DNA from: a virus
Lineage: Duplodnaviria > Caudoviricetes
IMG/VR virus record: IMGVR_UViG_3300031998_000040
Location: 34,345-98,344 of that record
Length of the DNA: 64,000 nucleotides
Direction: 5' to 3' (one strand)
The position numbers and the translations under genes are program-made. Positions 9,124 to 16,978 of this stretch are shown here, in pieces. The notes below the pieces were generated by a model. The model saw only the letters and a program-made list of their open reading frames with translations, searched no databases and was not told the origin of the DNA. The number at the start of each line of letters is the position of its first letter. Within the stretch, counting starts at the first letter, position 1.

Positions 9124-9350
9124 CCCTTTACGAGAAGATCATAAACAAATCCCCGGAAGAACTGGCAGAGCTGTTCGCCGCCCGCGATATTGCCTTGACG
9201 GATATCATCTTCAAGCAGGTCGAAAGAACCCTGCTCGAAAAGCGCGGAATCAGAATCGACTTCACCAAGCACTTCAAACCCGATCTTCTTGCTACGAAAC
9301 AGGACGTGCTGAAAGGGCTGAACACGGAGGTGCCCGATGCCGAAGAATAA
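9120..9350 (+). CDS. Hypothetical protein
   Basis: ATGA overlap; GGAGG RBS. Confidence 0.65.
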   Translation: MTLYEKIINKSPEELAELFAARDIALTDIIFKQVERTLLEKRGIRIDFTKHFKPDLLATKQDVLKGLNTEVPDAEE

Positions 9351-9552
9351 ACCGTCTCTCCGCTCCGTCCGCCAGTCGAAGAAGCGAGACCCGGAGCAGC
9401 TCTACAACACCCTGTGCGGTATGTACCCGCAGTACATGGCGGAAGAATACTTCAAGAAGCTGATGGGCTATGCCCCGCCGCAGGAGTGGCGCAAACCCGA
9501 AACACCGCTGCACATCTTTTCGGAGGATGAAAAACATGGAACGACTGACTAA
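9337..9552 (+). CDS. Hypothetical protein
   Basis: GGAGGT RBS. Confidence 0.65.
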   Translation: MPKNKPSLRSVRQSKKRDPEQLYNTLCGMYPQYMAEEYFKKLMGYAPPQEWRKPETPLHIFSEDEKHGTTD

Positions 9553-9859
9553 TGCTTCCACGCACGAAGCGCGGAGTGATGTAACGATACGCGAAATTCT
9601 CTCCCGTCTCGCTGCCTATGAGGACGCAGTTGAGAAGGGCCATCTCGTCGTTTGCCCCTGCAAGGTTGGTGACATGGCATACTACATTCGCGGAACGACG
9701 ATTTACGGAGACACCGTTGAGCGCATCGTCATTGACGGCCTCGACAATCAGATCGTCCTGAACGCCAACCGTGCCTACCTGTTCTGCGACGTGGGTGGAA
9801 GTCTGTTCTTCTCCTACGCCGAAGCGGAGGCGGCCCTCAAAAAACGGAAGGAGGAATGA
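9536..9859 (+). CDS. Conserved phage protein (MERLT...RLAAYED...PCKVGD type)
   Basis: Motif pattern typical of Firmicute phage early genes. Confidence 0.75.
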   Translation: MERLTNASTHEARSDVTIREILSRLAAYEDAVEKGHLVVCPCKVGDMAYYIRGTTIYGDTVERIVIDGLDNQIVLNANRAYLFCDVGGSLFFSYAEAEAALKKRKEE

Positions 9860-9861
9860 TT

Positions 9862-10086
9862 ATGGGATGGGATAATGTCGCGTGGTCTCGTGAGGTCGGA
9901 AAGACCTTGGAAGAACGCGGTTTCTTCGGAATTGCCCAAAAGAATTACGAAATTGCGGGTGAGCTGGAAAGGCTCCGCTCCGACCTCCGCCTCTGCCGTA
10001 ACGAACTGTGCCTCCGCTGCGGCAACTACACGGAAGCCCACAAGGGAGCCTGCGACGGATGCCGATGGAAGGACATGGGGGATTGA
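9862..10086 (+). CDS. Hypothetical protein, Cys-rich C-terminus
   Basis: AAGGAGG RBS; ELCLRCG...CDGCRW. Confidence 0.7.
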   Translation: MGWDNVAWSREVGKTLEERGFFGIAQKNYEIAGELERLRSDLRLCRNELCLRCGNYTEAHKGACDGCRWKDMGD

Positions 10087-10089
10087 CCG

Positions 10090-10500
10090 ATGCCCAAATC
10101 CAAAAAAGCGAAGCACGGTTCCGGCAAGCTCCACAAGCCGAAGCCACTGACCTACGACCCGGTTTACACGGACGGCCTCACCGAAAACCTTCGCAACGCT
10201 CTGAAAGCGAAGCTGACCCTCAAGGAGCTGATTGACCTGGAACTCCAGCTCCGCAAGGCTGTGGAGCAGACCGCCCGCCGCGCCACCTTCGATACTCACA
10301 AAACCACATGGGCGGTGACGCTCCGCGTCCTCCATGACCGCTTCGGCTTCGAGGCGGAGGACAAGCGCAAGCTCTACGACGCCAGCTTGGAATACCTGAA
10401 AGACATCCGGGACAAGCGCATCACGCTCCAGGAAATGCTGGACACTCTCTACAATGAGGACCACATAAATTTGTCATGGGATGACGAGGAGGATTTGTAA
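10090..10500 (+). CDS. Hypothetical phage protein
   Basis: Operon context; LHDRFGF motif. Confidence 0.75.
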   Translation: MPKSKKAKHGSGKLHKPKPLTYDPVYTDGLTENLRNALKAKLTLKELIDLELQLRKAVEQTARRATFDTHKTTWAVTLRVLHDRFGFEAEDKRKLYDASLEYLKDIRDKRITLQEMLDTLYNEDHINLSWDDEEDL

Positions 10501-10850
10501 TGGGAGAAATCAAAAACGCAAAAATCGAAAGCGCGTCGATCACGATGGAAGACCACGGCTGCCTGACCTGGTGGCTGTATCTCGACGGCGGCGGCTGGGG
10601 AGTCCACATCGGCGGCTACTGCATCGGCCACGGCTACCTTGGCGCGGACCACTTCGACGGCAGCGCCAAGGGCATGGAAAGTATCGCCCGCGTCATGGAC
10701 ACCGTGGGCGTCTCCCGCTGGGAGGACCTGCCCGGAAAATATGTCCGCGTCGCAGACGTTGGCTGGGGAACTACCATCACGAAGTTCGGCAACATCCTGG
10801 AAGACAAGTGGTTCGACTGCCGGGAATTTTTCTCAAAGAAAGAGGTATGA
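10500..10850 (+). CDS. Hypothetical phage protein
   Basis: TAATG coupling; GAGGAGG RBS. Confidence 0.75.
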   Translation: MGEIKNAKIESASITMEDHGCLTWWLYLDGGGWGVHIGGYCIGHGYLGADHFDGSAKGMESIARVMDTVGVSRWEDLPGKYVRVADVGWGTTITKFGNILEDKWFDCREFFSKKEV

Positions 10851-10853
10851 CCA

Positions 10854-11060
10854 ATGATGATAAAGCTCACTGCTGCGGGCAACGCAATGATGGAACTTTG
10901 GCTGAACACGTCCGCGATTTCCAGCGTGTTTCAGCCGACTGAGAACGAGCGGGATATGGGGATTGGGGCGAAGGTCTACATCACCGGCGAGGACAATTCC
11001 CCCTGGCTCGTCGCCGAATCCGTCCGCGAGGTCGTCAATCTCATTGAGGGGGCGGAATAA
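10854..11060 (+). CDS. Small protein with weak FlbD-like pattern
   Basis: MIKLT...LWLN..AI...VAESVREVVNLI. Confidence 0.55.
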   Translation: MMIKLTAAGNAMMELWLNTSAISSVFQPTENERDMGIGAKVYITGEDNSPWLVAESVREVVNLIEGAE

Positions 11061-11257
11061 TGAAACTCTACGCTTACGGTATGCGCCTGCGCGGCTTCTC
11101 CCCCGGCTGCCAGCCGATGCAGGGTCTCGTCCGCCGTGTGGATTCGTCAGGCAAACACTTCTGCATTCTCATATACGACCGTCCCTTGACCGAGAAAGAA
11201 ATGCGGGACTACGAGCTGGACGCCATTAAAGCCTGTCCTATTGAAGACGCAAAGTGA
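11060..11257 (+). CDS. Stand-alone DarA C-terminal-like domain protein
   Basis: YGMRLRGFSPGCQP...LIYDRPLTEKEMRDYEL. Confidence 0.6.
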   Translation: MKLYAYGMRLRGFSPGCQPMQGLVRRVDSSGKHFCILIYDRPLTEKEMRDYELDAIKACPIEDAK

Positions 11258-11336
11258 AAAATAAATCCTCCGGGCCGCTTCCATTCCCCCGGAGGATTTG
11301 CTATCATCAAAACAAAAATCGAAAAGGAGAAATCAC

Positions 11337-11708
11337 ATGACAATTAACAACGGCTGGATATCCGTACTCGATACCGAACACCGCCCCGAATCCGGGGAAG
11401 AAATCCTCACCCTGTCCTATGTCGGCGACGAGCCGGATTCCCCCGACCCATTTGCCGATCCCGACGACCGGGCTTATTGCCTCTGCACCTACTTCTACCC
11501 CGGCGATCAGGCGGACCAGGAAGCCCCGCCCCACGTCGGCGCGACGCTGGACGACTGCATGGAAACCGTCACCTTCGATGCCGAGGGCTTCTATGTCTAT
11601 GAGATCGGCGCGAGGGGAATTCTGGAGTGGCGCTGCGTCAAGACCGCCGCGGAATCCAAATGGGGCATCGCCTGCTGGAAGCATCTGGACTACCCCACCG
11701 GCGAATGA
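11337..11708 (+). CDS. Hypothetical protein (DUF551-like WISV...W pattern)
   Basis: GWISV...RPE; terminal CWKHL; AAAGGAG RBS. Confidence 0.65.
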   Translation: MTINNGWISVLDTEHRPESGEEILTLSYVGDEPDSPDPFADPDDRAYCLCTYFYPGDQADQEAPPHVGATLDDCMETVTFDAEGFYVYEIGARGILEWRCVKTAAESKWGIACWKHLDYPTGE

Positions 11709-11771
11709 GAACATTCCAACCGTACTTCCAACAATTCAGTCGAAAATGAAAAAACGAAAGGAGAAATACCA

Positions 11772-12410
11772 ATGAAAAAACTGACCGTTACCGCCATCGT
11801 TCTTTTTCTCCTGCTTTCCCTCTGCGCCTGCGGACCCAAGGAAAAGCCCTGCGAGCATGACTGGGTTTTGCAGACCGACTTCCACCCCACCTGCACCGCC
11901 AGCGGCTATCAGGACTTCACCTGCTCCATCTGCGGAGAGACCTACCATCTGAAGACCGCTGACGCCCTGGGCCACACGCCGAAGAACACAAACTATACGA
12001 AGATTTCCAATCCTACCTGCACGAAGAACGGAAGCCGGTCCAACGTCTGTTCCGTCTGCGGTGCGGAATACACGGAGACCGTCCCCTCCCTCGGACACAA
12101 CTATGTGGACGGTAAATGCACCCGCTGCGGAGACAAAAAGGACAGCGGCGTTCGCCTTGACGACGCGGAAGCCTTTACCGTTGCGGAGGCGATGGTGAAG
12201 CAGAAGCTGAAAGCCCCCTCCACCGCCAAGTTTTGCCTTTACACGGAAGCCACCATCACCCACGACAAGGACGTTTACACCGTCTCCGGCTGGGTGGACG
12301 CGCAGAACAGCTTCGGCGCGATGCTCCGCAGCAACTGGACCGTCACCTTCACCGCAGTAAAATCCGGCGGCAAGATCGGCGGCGAACACGGAACCGTCGA
12401 AATCGACTGA
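11772..12410 (+). CDS. Lipoprotein with Cys/His zinc-ribbon-like repeats
   Basis: Signal peptide with lipobox LCAC; repeated PTCT..G...CS(I/V)CG; C-terminal KAPSTAKF...VDAQNSFGAMLR. Confidence 0.85.
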   Translation: MKKLTVTAIVLFLLLSLCACGPKEKPCEHDWVLQTDFHPTCTASGYQDFTCSICGETYHLKTADALGHTPKNTNYTKISNPTCTKNGSRSNVCSVCGAEYTETVPSLGHNYVDGKCTRCGDKKDSGVRLDDAEAFTVAEAMVKQKLKAPSTAKFCLYTEATITHDKDVYTVSGWVDAQNSFGAMLRSNWTVTFTAVKSGGKIGGEHGTVEID

Positions 12411-12418
12411 TGTTCCCC

Positions 12419-12447
12419 TTGCAAAACCGCTGCGCCTGTGTTATACT
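12419..12447 (+). promoter_or_regulatory. Sigma-A type promoter
   Basis: TTGCAA-17 bp-TATACT with extended TG. Confidence 0.75.
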
Positions 12448-12459
12448 ATGTGTAACAAC

Positions 12460-12660
12460 AGAGCGGCGGTCGGCAAACCGCCGTAGCAGGTAGCGGTGTG
12501 CAAGTACCGCGGCTTTTCTTTCGGCTATTATACCCTTGCCGGGGTATTATAGTGGGTTGAAATACCCTTGCCGCTTCTTGCTTGCACAGGAGGCGGCATA
12601 AAATTTTCTTGCGAAACGGTCCGTTCTCCGGCTTCCTGCGGAGGACGGACTTTTTTGCAA
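12460..12660 (+). ncRNA. Structured leader / C4-like antisense attenuator
   Basis: Five hairpins; loops CGGCAA/TTGCCG and TGCAAG/CTTGCA are mutually complementary; last hairpin has a U6 tail. Confidence 0.55.
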
Positions 12661-12673
12661 GGAGGGTTCGGAA

Positions 12674-13003
12674 ATGAAAAAAGAAAAAAGCAGCAAACCC
12701 GGCGTGATGATCTACTTCGATATCCGCCGACAGGTCGAACGGTTGTCCCTCGAACAGCGCGGAGAACTATTCACCGCAATTTTGGACTTTGCTGAGAACG
12801 GAACGGAACCTACGCTGGATGAAATGACCGGAATGTGTTTCGACGGTCTCCGCCCCCGAATCGAAATGGACGGGAAGCGGTACGAAAACAAAGTTCAGAA
12901 ATCCAAATACGCCGTTTATGTTCGTGAGACGGAAAGGCACGGGGAAATTCCGCTCGACTACGCAGATTGGGAGCGGAGCCAAGAGCCTGAGTTCTGGCTG
13001 TAA
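12674..13003 (+). CDS. DUF6291-like protein (replication-initiator N-terminal type)
   Basis: LSLEQRGELFTAILDFAENG.EP...CFDGLRPRIEMDGKRYE. Confidence 0.75.
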   Translation: MKKEKSSKPGVMIYFDIRRQVERLSLEQRGELFTAILDFAENGTEPTLDEMTGMCFDGLRPRIEMDGKRYENKVQKSKYAVYVRETERHGEIPLDYADWERSQEPEFWL

Positions 13004-13040
13004 CATCGTCCGATATCGTTTGATATCGCCCGATATCTAA
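13001..13040 (+). repeat. 10-bp periodic GATATC repeats
   Basis: GATATC at 13012, 13022 and 13032, then an A-rich tract. Confidence 0.7.
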
Positions 13041-13150
13041 ATAAACGTAACTCAACTCAGCGTAAAGAAAAAATAAAAAGAAAACCAACCACAACGCCAG
13101 CACATCGCAGATGGATGCGTTGCATCGGCCGATACGAAAGGAGCCCCCAC

Positions 13151-14083
13151 ATGATTTACACACGCGCCGCCGCCGCGTTCCTCAACTACTGCCGAGCGTC
13201 CGGCATGACCGCCGCCACCGTGGAGAACCACGAGCGCAACCTCCGCCTGTTCTCCGAGACCGTCGCCCTGCCGGACGCCGACGCCGAGATCACCGTCGCC
13301 CACATCGACGAATACAAATCCCTGCTCCACCTCCGGGGCCTGAAGCAGTCCACCGTCCGCGCCTACCTCGAATCCCTCTGCCTGTTCTTCGCGTGGGCCA
13401 CCGAGCGGAAATACTGCGCGGAGAATCCCTGCACCCCCTCCGCCGTGAAGACCAAAGTTCCGCCCCCCGCGCCGTACAACCATCTGCTCACCCGTGAGGA
13501 AATGGCTGCGCTTCTCTCCCCCGTCTGCCCCAAGGGATGCACGAAGAAACTCTTCAACCGCAACCATGCCATCGTCACCGTGCTTCTCACTTCGGGCCTC
13601 AGAAATTCGGAACTCCGGGAGCTGCGTCTCTGCGACCTGATTCCCTCCGAGAACCGCCTCATCGTCCGCTGCGGCAAGGGCGGCAAGACCCGCTCCGCCC
13701 CCTACCCCCCGGCGGCGCAGGATGCCGTCGCCGCTTGGCTCGCCGACCCGCTCAGGCCGTCTTCGTTGCCCTCTGACGCGATTCTTTTCGGGAAAGGTAC
13801 GAACACCGCCTCGTGGCAGATGTTCAGCAGGACGGAGCTGAGCACGATGGTGGAGCGGTTTACCAAGACGGTGCTGGGAAAGGACTCCGGCGTCCGCACC
13901 CACGCCCTCCGCCACGCCAACGCCAGCTATCTGTGGGACAGCGGCATGAGGATGGAGGACATCCGCGATCTACTCGGTCACAGCGATGTGAAAGTCAGCC
14001 AGATGTATATTTCCCGCCTGCGTCCTCAGACCGCAACCGAATCCGCCACCAATGCGTTCGCGGCTCTGAGCCAAGCGGTATGA
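13151..14083 (+). CDS. Tyrosine recombinase/integrase (XerC/D-like)
   Basis: GLRNSEL, GKGGK, HALRH, LLGH and catalytic Y in SQMY. Confidence 0.93.
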   Translation: MIYTRAAAAFLNYCRASGMTAATVENHERNLRLFSETVALPDADAEITVAHIDEYKSLLHLRGLKQSTVRAYLESLCLFFAWATERKYCAENPCTPSAVKTKVPPPAPYNHLLTREEMAALLSPVCPKGCTKKLFNRNHAIVTVLLTSGLRNSELRELRLCDLIPSENRLIVRCGKGGKTRSAPYPPAAQDAVAAWLADPLRPSSLPSDAILFGKGTNTASWQMFSRTELSTMVERFTKTVLGKDSGVRTHALRHANASYLWDSGMRMEDIRDLLGHSDVKVSQMYISRLRPQTATESATNAFAALSQAV

Positions 14084-14090
14084 ATCAGGA

Positions 14091-14918
14091 GTGATTTCCG
14101 TGAAAGAAAAACTAGACCTCACCGGCAAACAGTTCGGTGATTGGACGGTTCTCTATGAAGAACCGCAGGAAGGGTATGTCAGGAAGTGGCGTTGCCGTTG
14201 TGTCTGCGGTGCCGAGAAAACCGTATATCAAGGTAATCTTACCCAAGGGAAAAGCCACGGATGCGGGTGCGCTGCTCGAAAGCTCACCGGTGAACGAGCA
14301 AGAACGCACGGGAAAAGAAACACCAGGTTATACAATATTTGGGTGCTTATGAGGCGCAGATGCTACGATGAATCCAGCGTATCTTACAAGAATTATGGAG
14401 GTCGCGGAATATCCGTTTGCGACGAATGGCTTGGCCATGACGGATTTCAGCACTTTTGGGATTGGTCCCATGAAAACGGATATAGCGAATCTGCGTCTCC
14501 GAGAGACTGCTCTATTGACAGGATTGATGTAAACGGTAATTACTGCCCTGAAAACTGTCGCTGGATTGATATGCGATCACAGTCCAGAAATAAACAAGGC
14601 ACTCATTGGGTAGAGTTTGGTGGCGAGACAATTTCACTTGCTGAATTTTGCGAGAGATACAACGTCGCTCCTGCTCTAGCAAGTGCAAGATTTCAGCGTG
14701 GGTGGTCCCCTGCCGAAGTCATGTTCTTCCATCCGAAATATCTTCCGAAATTGATTGAGTACAAGGGGGAAACCAGAACACAGCGAGGGTGGGCCAAGCA
14801 CTTTGGAATAGACCACAGAAAGCTCCAGTACCGCTTAAATCATGGGTGGACATTTGAGCAGGCGATAGGCATTGCTCCTCCGCCAAATAGGTACTCCAAT
14901 TCTCAAAAAGGAGATTAA
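14091..14918 (+). CDS. HNH-type homing-endonuclease-like protein
   Basis: LTGKQFG, CRCVCG, YGGRGI.VC.EW, SIDRIDVNGNYCPENCRW; lower GC than flanks. Confidence 0.85.
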   Translation: MISVKEKLDLTGKQFGDWTVLYEEPQEGYVRKWRCRCVCGAEKTVYQGNLTQGKSHGCGCAARKLTGERARTHGKRNTRLYNIWVLMRRRCYDESSVSYKNYGGRGISVCDEWLGHDGFQHFWDWSHENGYSESASPRDCSIDRIDVNGNYCPENCRWIDMRSQSRNKQGTHWVEFGGETISLAEFCERYNVAPALASARFQRGWSPAEVMFFHPKYLPKLIEYKGETRTQRGWAKHFGIDHRKLQYRLNHGWTFEQAIGIAPPPNRYSNSQKGD

Positions 14919-14923
14919 ACACC

Positions 14924-15007
14924 ATGCGCTACCTCGACCGTCTCCGCCCCACCGCCCCGACGGACCACGCCGCCGACGCTTTCGCCGCCCTCCGCGCCGC
15001 CGTCTGA
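14924..15007 (+). pseudogene. Displaced original C-terminus of the recombinase (27 codons, possibly translated)
   Basis: MRYLDRLRPTAPTDHAADAFAALRAAV*; 14/25 identical to recombinase end YISRLRPQTATESATNAFAALSQAV*. Confidence 0.85.
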
Positions 15008-15048
15008 CCGCAACCGTTTGGCTTTTCCGAACAGTTGCCACCAACGCC

Positions 15049-15092
15049 AAAGGGACTGGACGCCTCACCGCGCCCGGTCCCTTTTATTTTTT
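15049..15092. terminator. Terminator between converging transcription units
   Basis: AAAGGGACTGG...CCGGTCCCTTTTATTTTTT. Confidence 0.7.
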
Positions 15093-15121
15093 GCCCTTTA
15101 TATATAGCTTGCTACCAATCC

Positions 15122-16948
15122 TCAAGTCGCCGGAACGACCGTGTTGCTGGTGTAATAGGTCGTGTTGATCGTCGGCGTCCCAGTGAATGTCCCACCGGTT
15201 CCGGTGAACATATCCGTCGCTACTTCCGATCCATAGCCAGGGTTTATAATGGTTCCTGTCCCATTGATCGGGATTCGGTATTGTGTTGCATACTCTGCTG
15301 ATTGCGTTTCTGATAATTTTATCTTTATACATCCACGATACATTTCGTTATAGCACATGGAATACAGTTCCGTTGGCCTCAACGCGCTTAATGATGTTAA
15401 TGCTGTGCATCCATAATACATACCTTCACATGAATAGACGCCAAGCATCGTAGCCATGATTTTTGGCGGGGTCACAAGGCTGGTACACCCATAAAACATA
15501 TTGCAGCATCCCCAATAGTCTATTTGACTTGCTGTAATATCAGGCACGTCCACAAGGCTGGTGCATCCGTAATACATATGTGAACATGCTTCTTGCCCAA
15601 TTATACGTGTCGATAACTTTGCTGCTTTTCTGAGTGAAGTACATCCATCGAACATATGATAACAGGACTCAGGTGTAAGATCGCTTGTTATATCTGGTGC
15701 TTCCAAAAGTCCGGTCCCGGAGAACATATAGCTATACACACTGGTATTCCATATATTGCCGCTTCCACGATATGTCTTGGCTGCAAGCGGAGACGGTGCC
15801 GAAACAAGGGCAGAACACCCATGAAACATATAGGCAAAACAGCTATCGCGTGTTTCTGGATGCCCACCTGCTGCTACTGTTTCCCAGTCCAAAAGGGTTT
15901 CAATATTTCCATCTGCTTCAACAGAAGAACCCGTAATTACCCAGTGAAACTCAATGCTATTTACTCCCGTAATCACCGTATTCCCCGTACCGCGCATGAA
16001 AATCTCGTTGGTGTCCCCAGAGGAAATCGTAGTAGTTCCGTCCCACTCAGTCCACGTCATTCCGTCTGCGGAATAGTACAGCGCCCCGTTCCAGTCTTTA
16101 CATGCTCTGTATTTTCCAATCGTAAAGCTCTGCGGAGAATGGAACCGTACATAGTTCTTGTTCACTCCCAGTTCCTCCACCGTGCACTGCGCCGTCATGT
16201 TCCCCGGAACGCCGCCCCACGCCATCGCCGTCAGCACCCCGCCGTTGTTGTAGACGTGGACCGCACGGACGCCACGGCTCATAAGGTCCTCCATCTGCGT
16301 GGGCGTGAACTGAAGCTCCACATGGCTTTTCTCCGTCACGGTCGGTCCCGTGACGGTGATGATCTTCGTATAGGGGCTGGCTGCGCCGCTCCATGTCCCC
16401 GCCATGGCGACGGTCCCCCGCCGCAGCGAAGGATTCGCCTCGCTGTATTGCAGCACGTTCTCCACGTTTCCGAGACCGGCTTCTTCTGCCGTGACCTCGT
16501 GCGGATTGTTCCGCCGTGCAAAGTGCGCCGCCGCCGCGTCCGCGATCCGCGTCTCCGTCCAGTGGGTCGAATCCCAGGCTTCCGGCGTGTCGATGTCGGT
16601 GTTGGCTCGGTAAAGGATTCCGCCGTAGATGCAGAAGTCCCCCTCTGCGTAGGTCGAGGAGCTGTCATAGGTGTCTGCCAGGTTCTTCTCGATATCCCGC
16701 TCCGTCACCCAGATGTAGGCTTCCCCGTCCTGCGCCGTCATCTGCCAGATCGCCGGGGGACTGACGCTCGTATCGGCGTAGAGCTGACCCACGCCACCCG
16801 CCGTTGCGGTCGTCGGCGCTCCGCTTCCGCTGAGTATCTGGCTGTTTTCGATGGTGCCGCTCATGGCCCGCAGCTCCGTCGGACCGATGGCAGGCGGTAC
16901 GCCGTTTACCCAAACCGGCGCGGCGTAGTTCCCGTTATACATCGGCAT
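15122..16948 (-). CDS. Tail fibre/receptor-binding protein with BspA-like leucine-rich repeats
   Basis: NPHEVT..GLGNVEN fibre motif; repeated C..MFxGCTSL; lower-GC C-terminal half. Confidence 0.8.
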   Translation of the reverse strand: MPMYNGNYAAPVWVNGVPPAIGPTELRAMSGTIENSQILSGSGAPTTATAGGVGQLYADTSVSPPAIWQMTAQDGEAYIWVTERDIEKNLADTYDSSSTYAEGDFCIYGGILYRANTDIDTPEAWDSTHWTETRIADAAAAHFARRNNPHEVTAEEAGLGNVENVLQYSEANPSLRRGTVAMAGTWSGAASPYTKIITVTGPTVTEKSHVELQFTPTQMEDLMSRGVRAVHVYNNGGVLTAMAWGGVPGNMTAQCTVEELGVNKNYVRFHSPQSFTIGKYRACKDWNGALYYSADGMTWTEWDGTTTISSGDTNEIFMRGTGNTVITGVNSIEFHWVITGSSVEADGNIETLLDWETVAAGGHPETRDSCFAYMFHGCSALVSAPSPLAAKTYRGSGNIWNTSVYSYMFSGTGLLEAPDITSDLTPESCYHMFDGCTSLRKAAKLSTRIIGQEACSHMYYGCTSLVDVPDITASQIDYWGCCNMFYGCTSLVTPPKIMATMLGVYSCEGMYYGCTALTSLSALRPTELYSMCYNEMYRGCIKIKLSETQSAEYATQYRIPINGTGTIINPGYGSEVATDMFTGTGGTFTGTPTINTTYYTSNTVVPAT

Positions 16949-16978
16949 GTTCCGTCACGTTCCTTTCCGTCTTTCCCG

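Noticed and set aside
13040-13150. attP site
   Set aside because: No core or arm repeats could be identified without a host junction; the recombinase may instead resolve dimers.
14872-15301. ORF-track ORFs 14872-15168, 14835-15068 and 15035-15301
   Set aside because: They span a terminator and are off-frame or antisense readings of the displaced recombinase tail and the fibre gene end.
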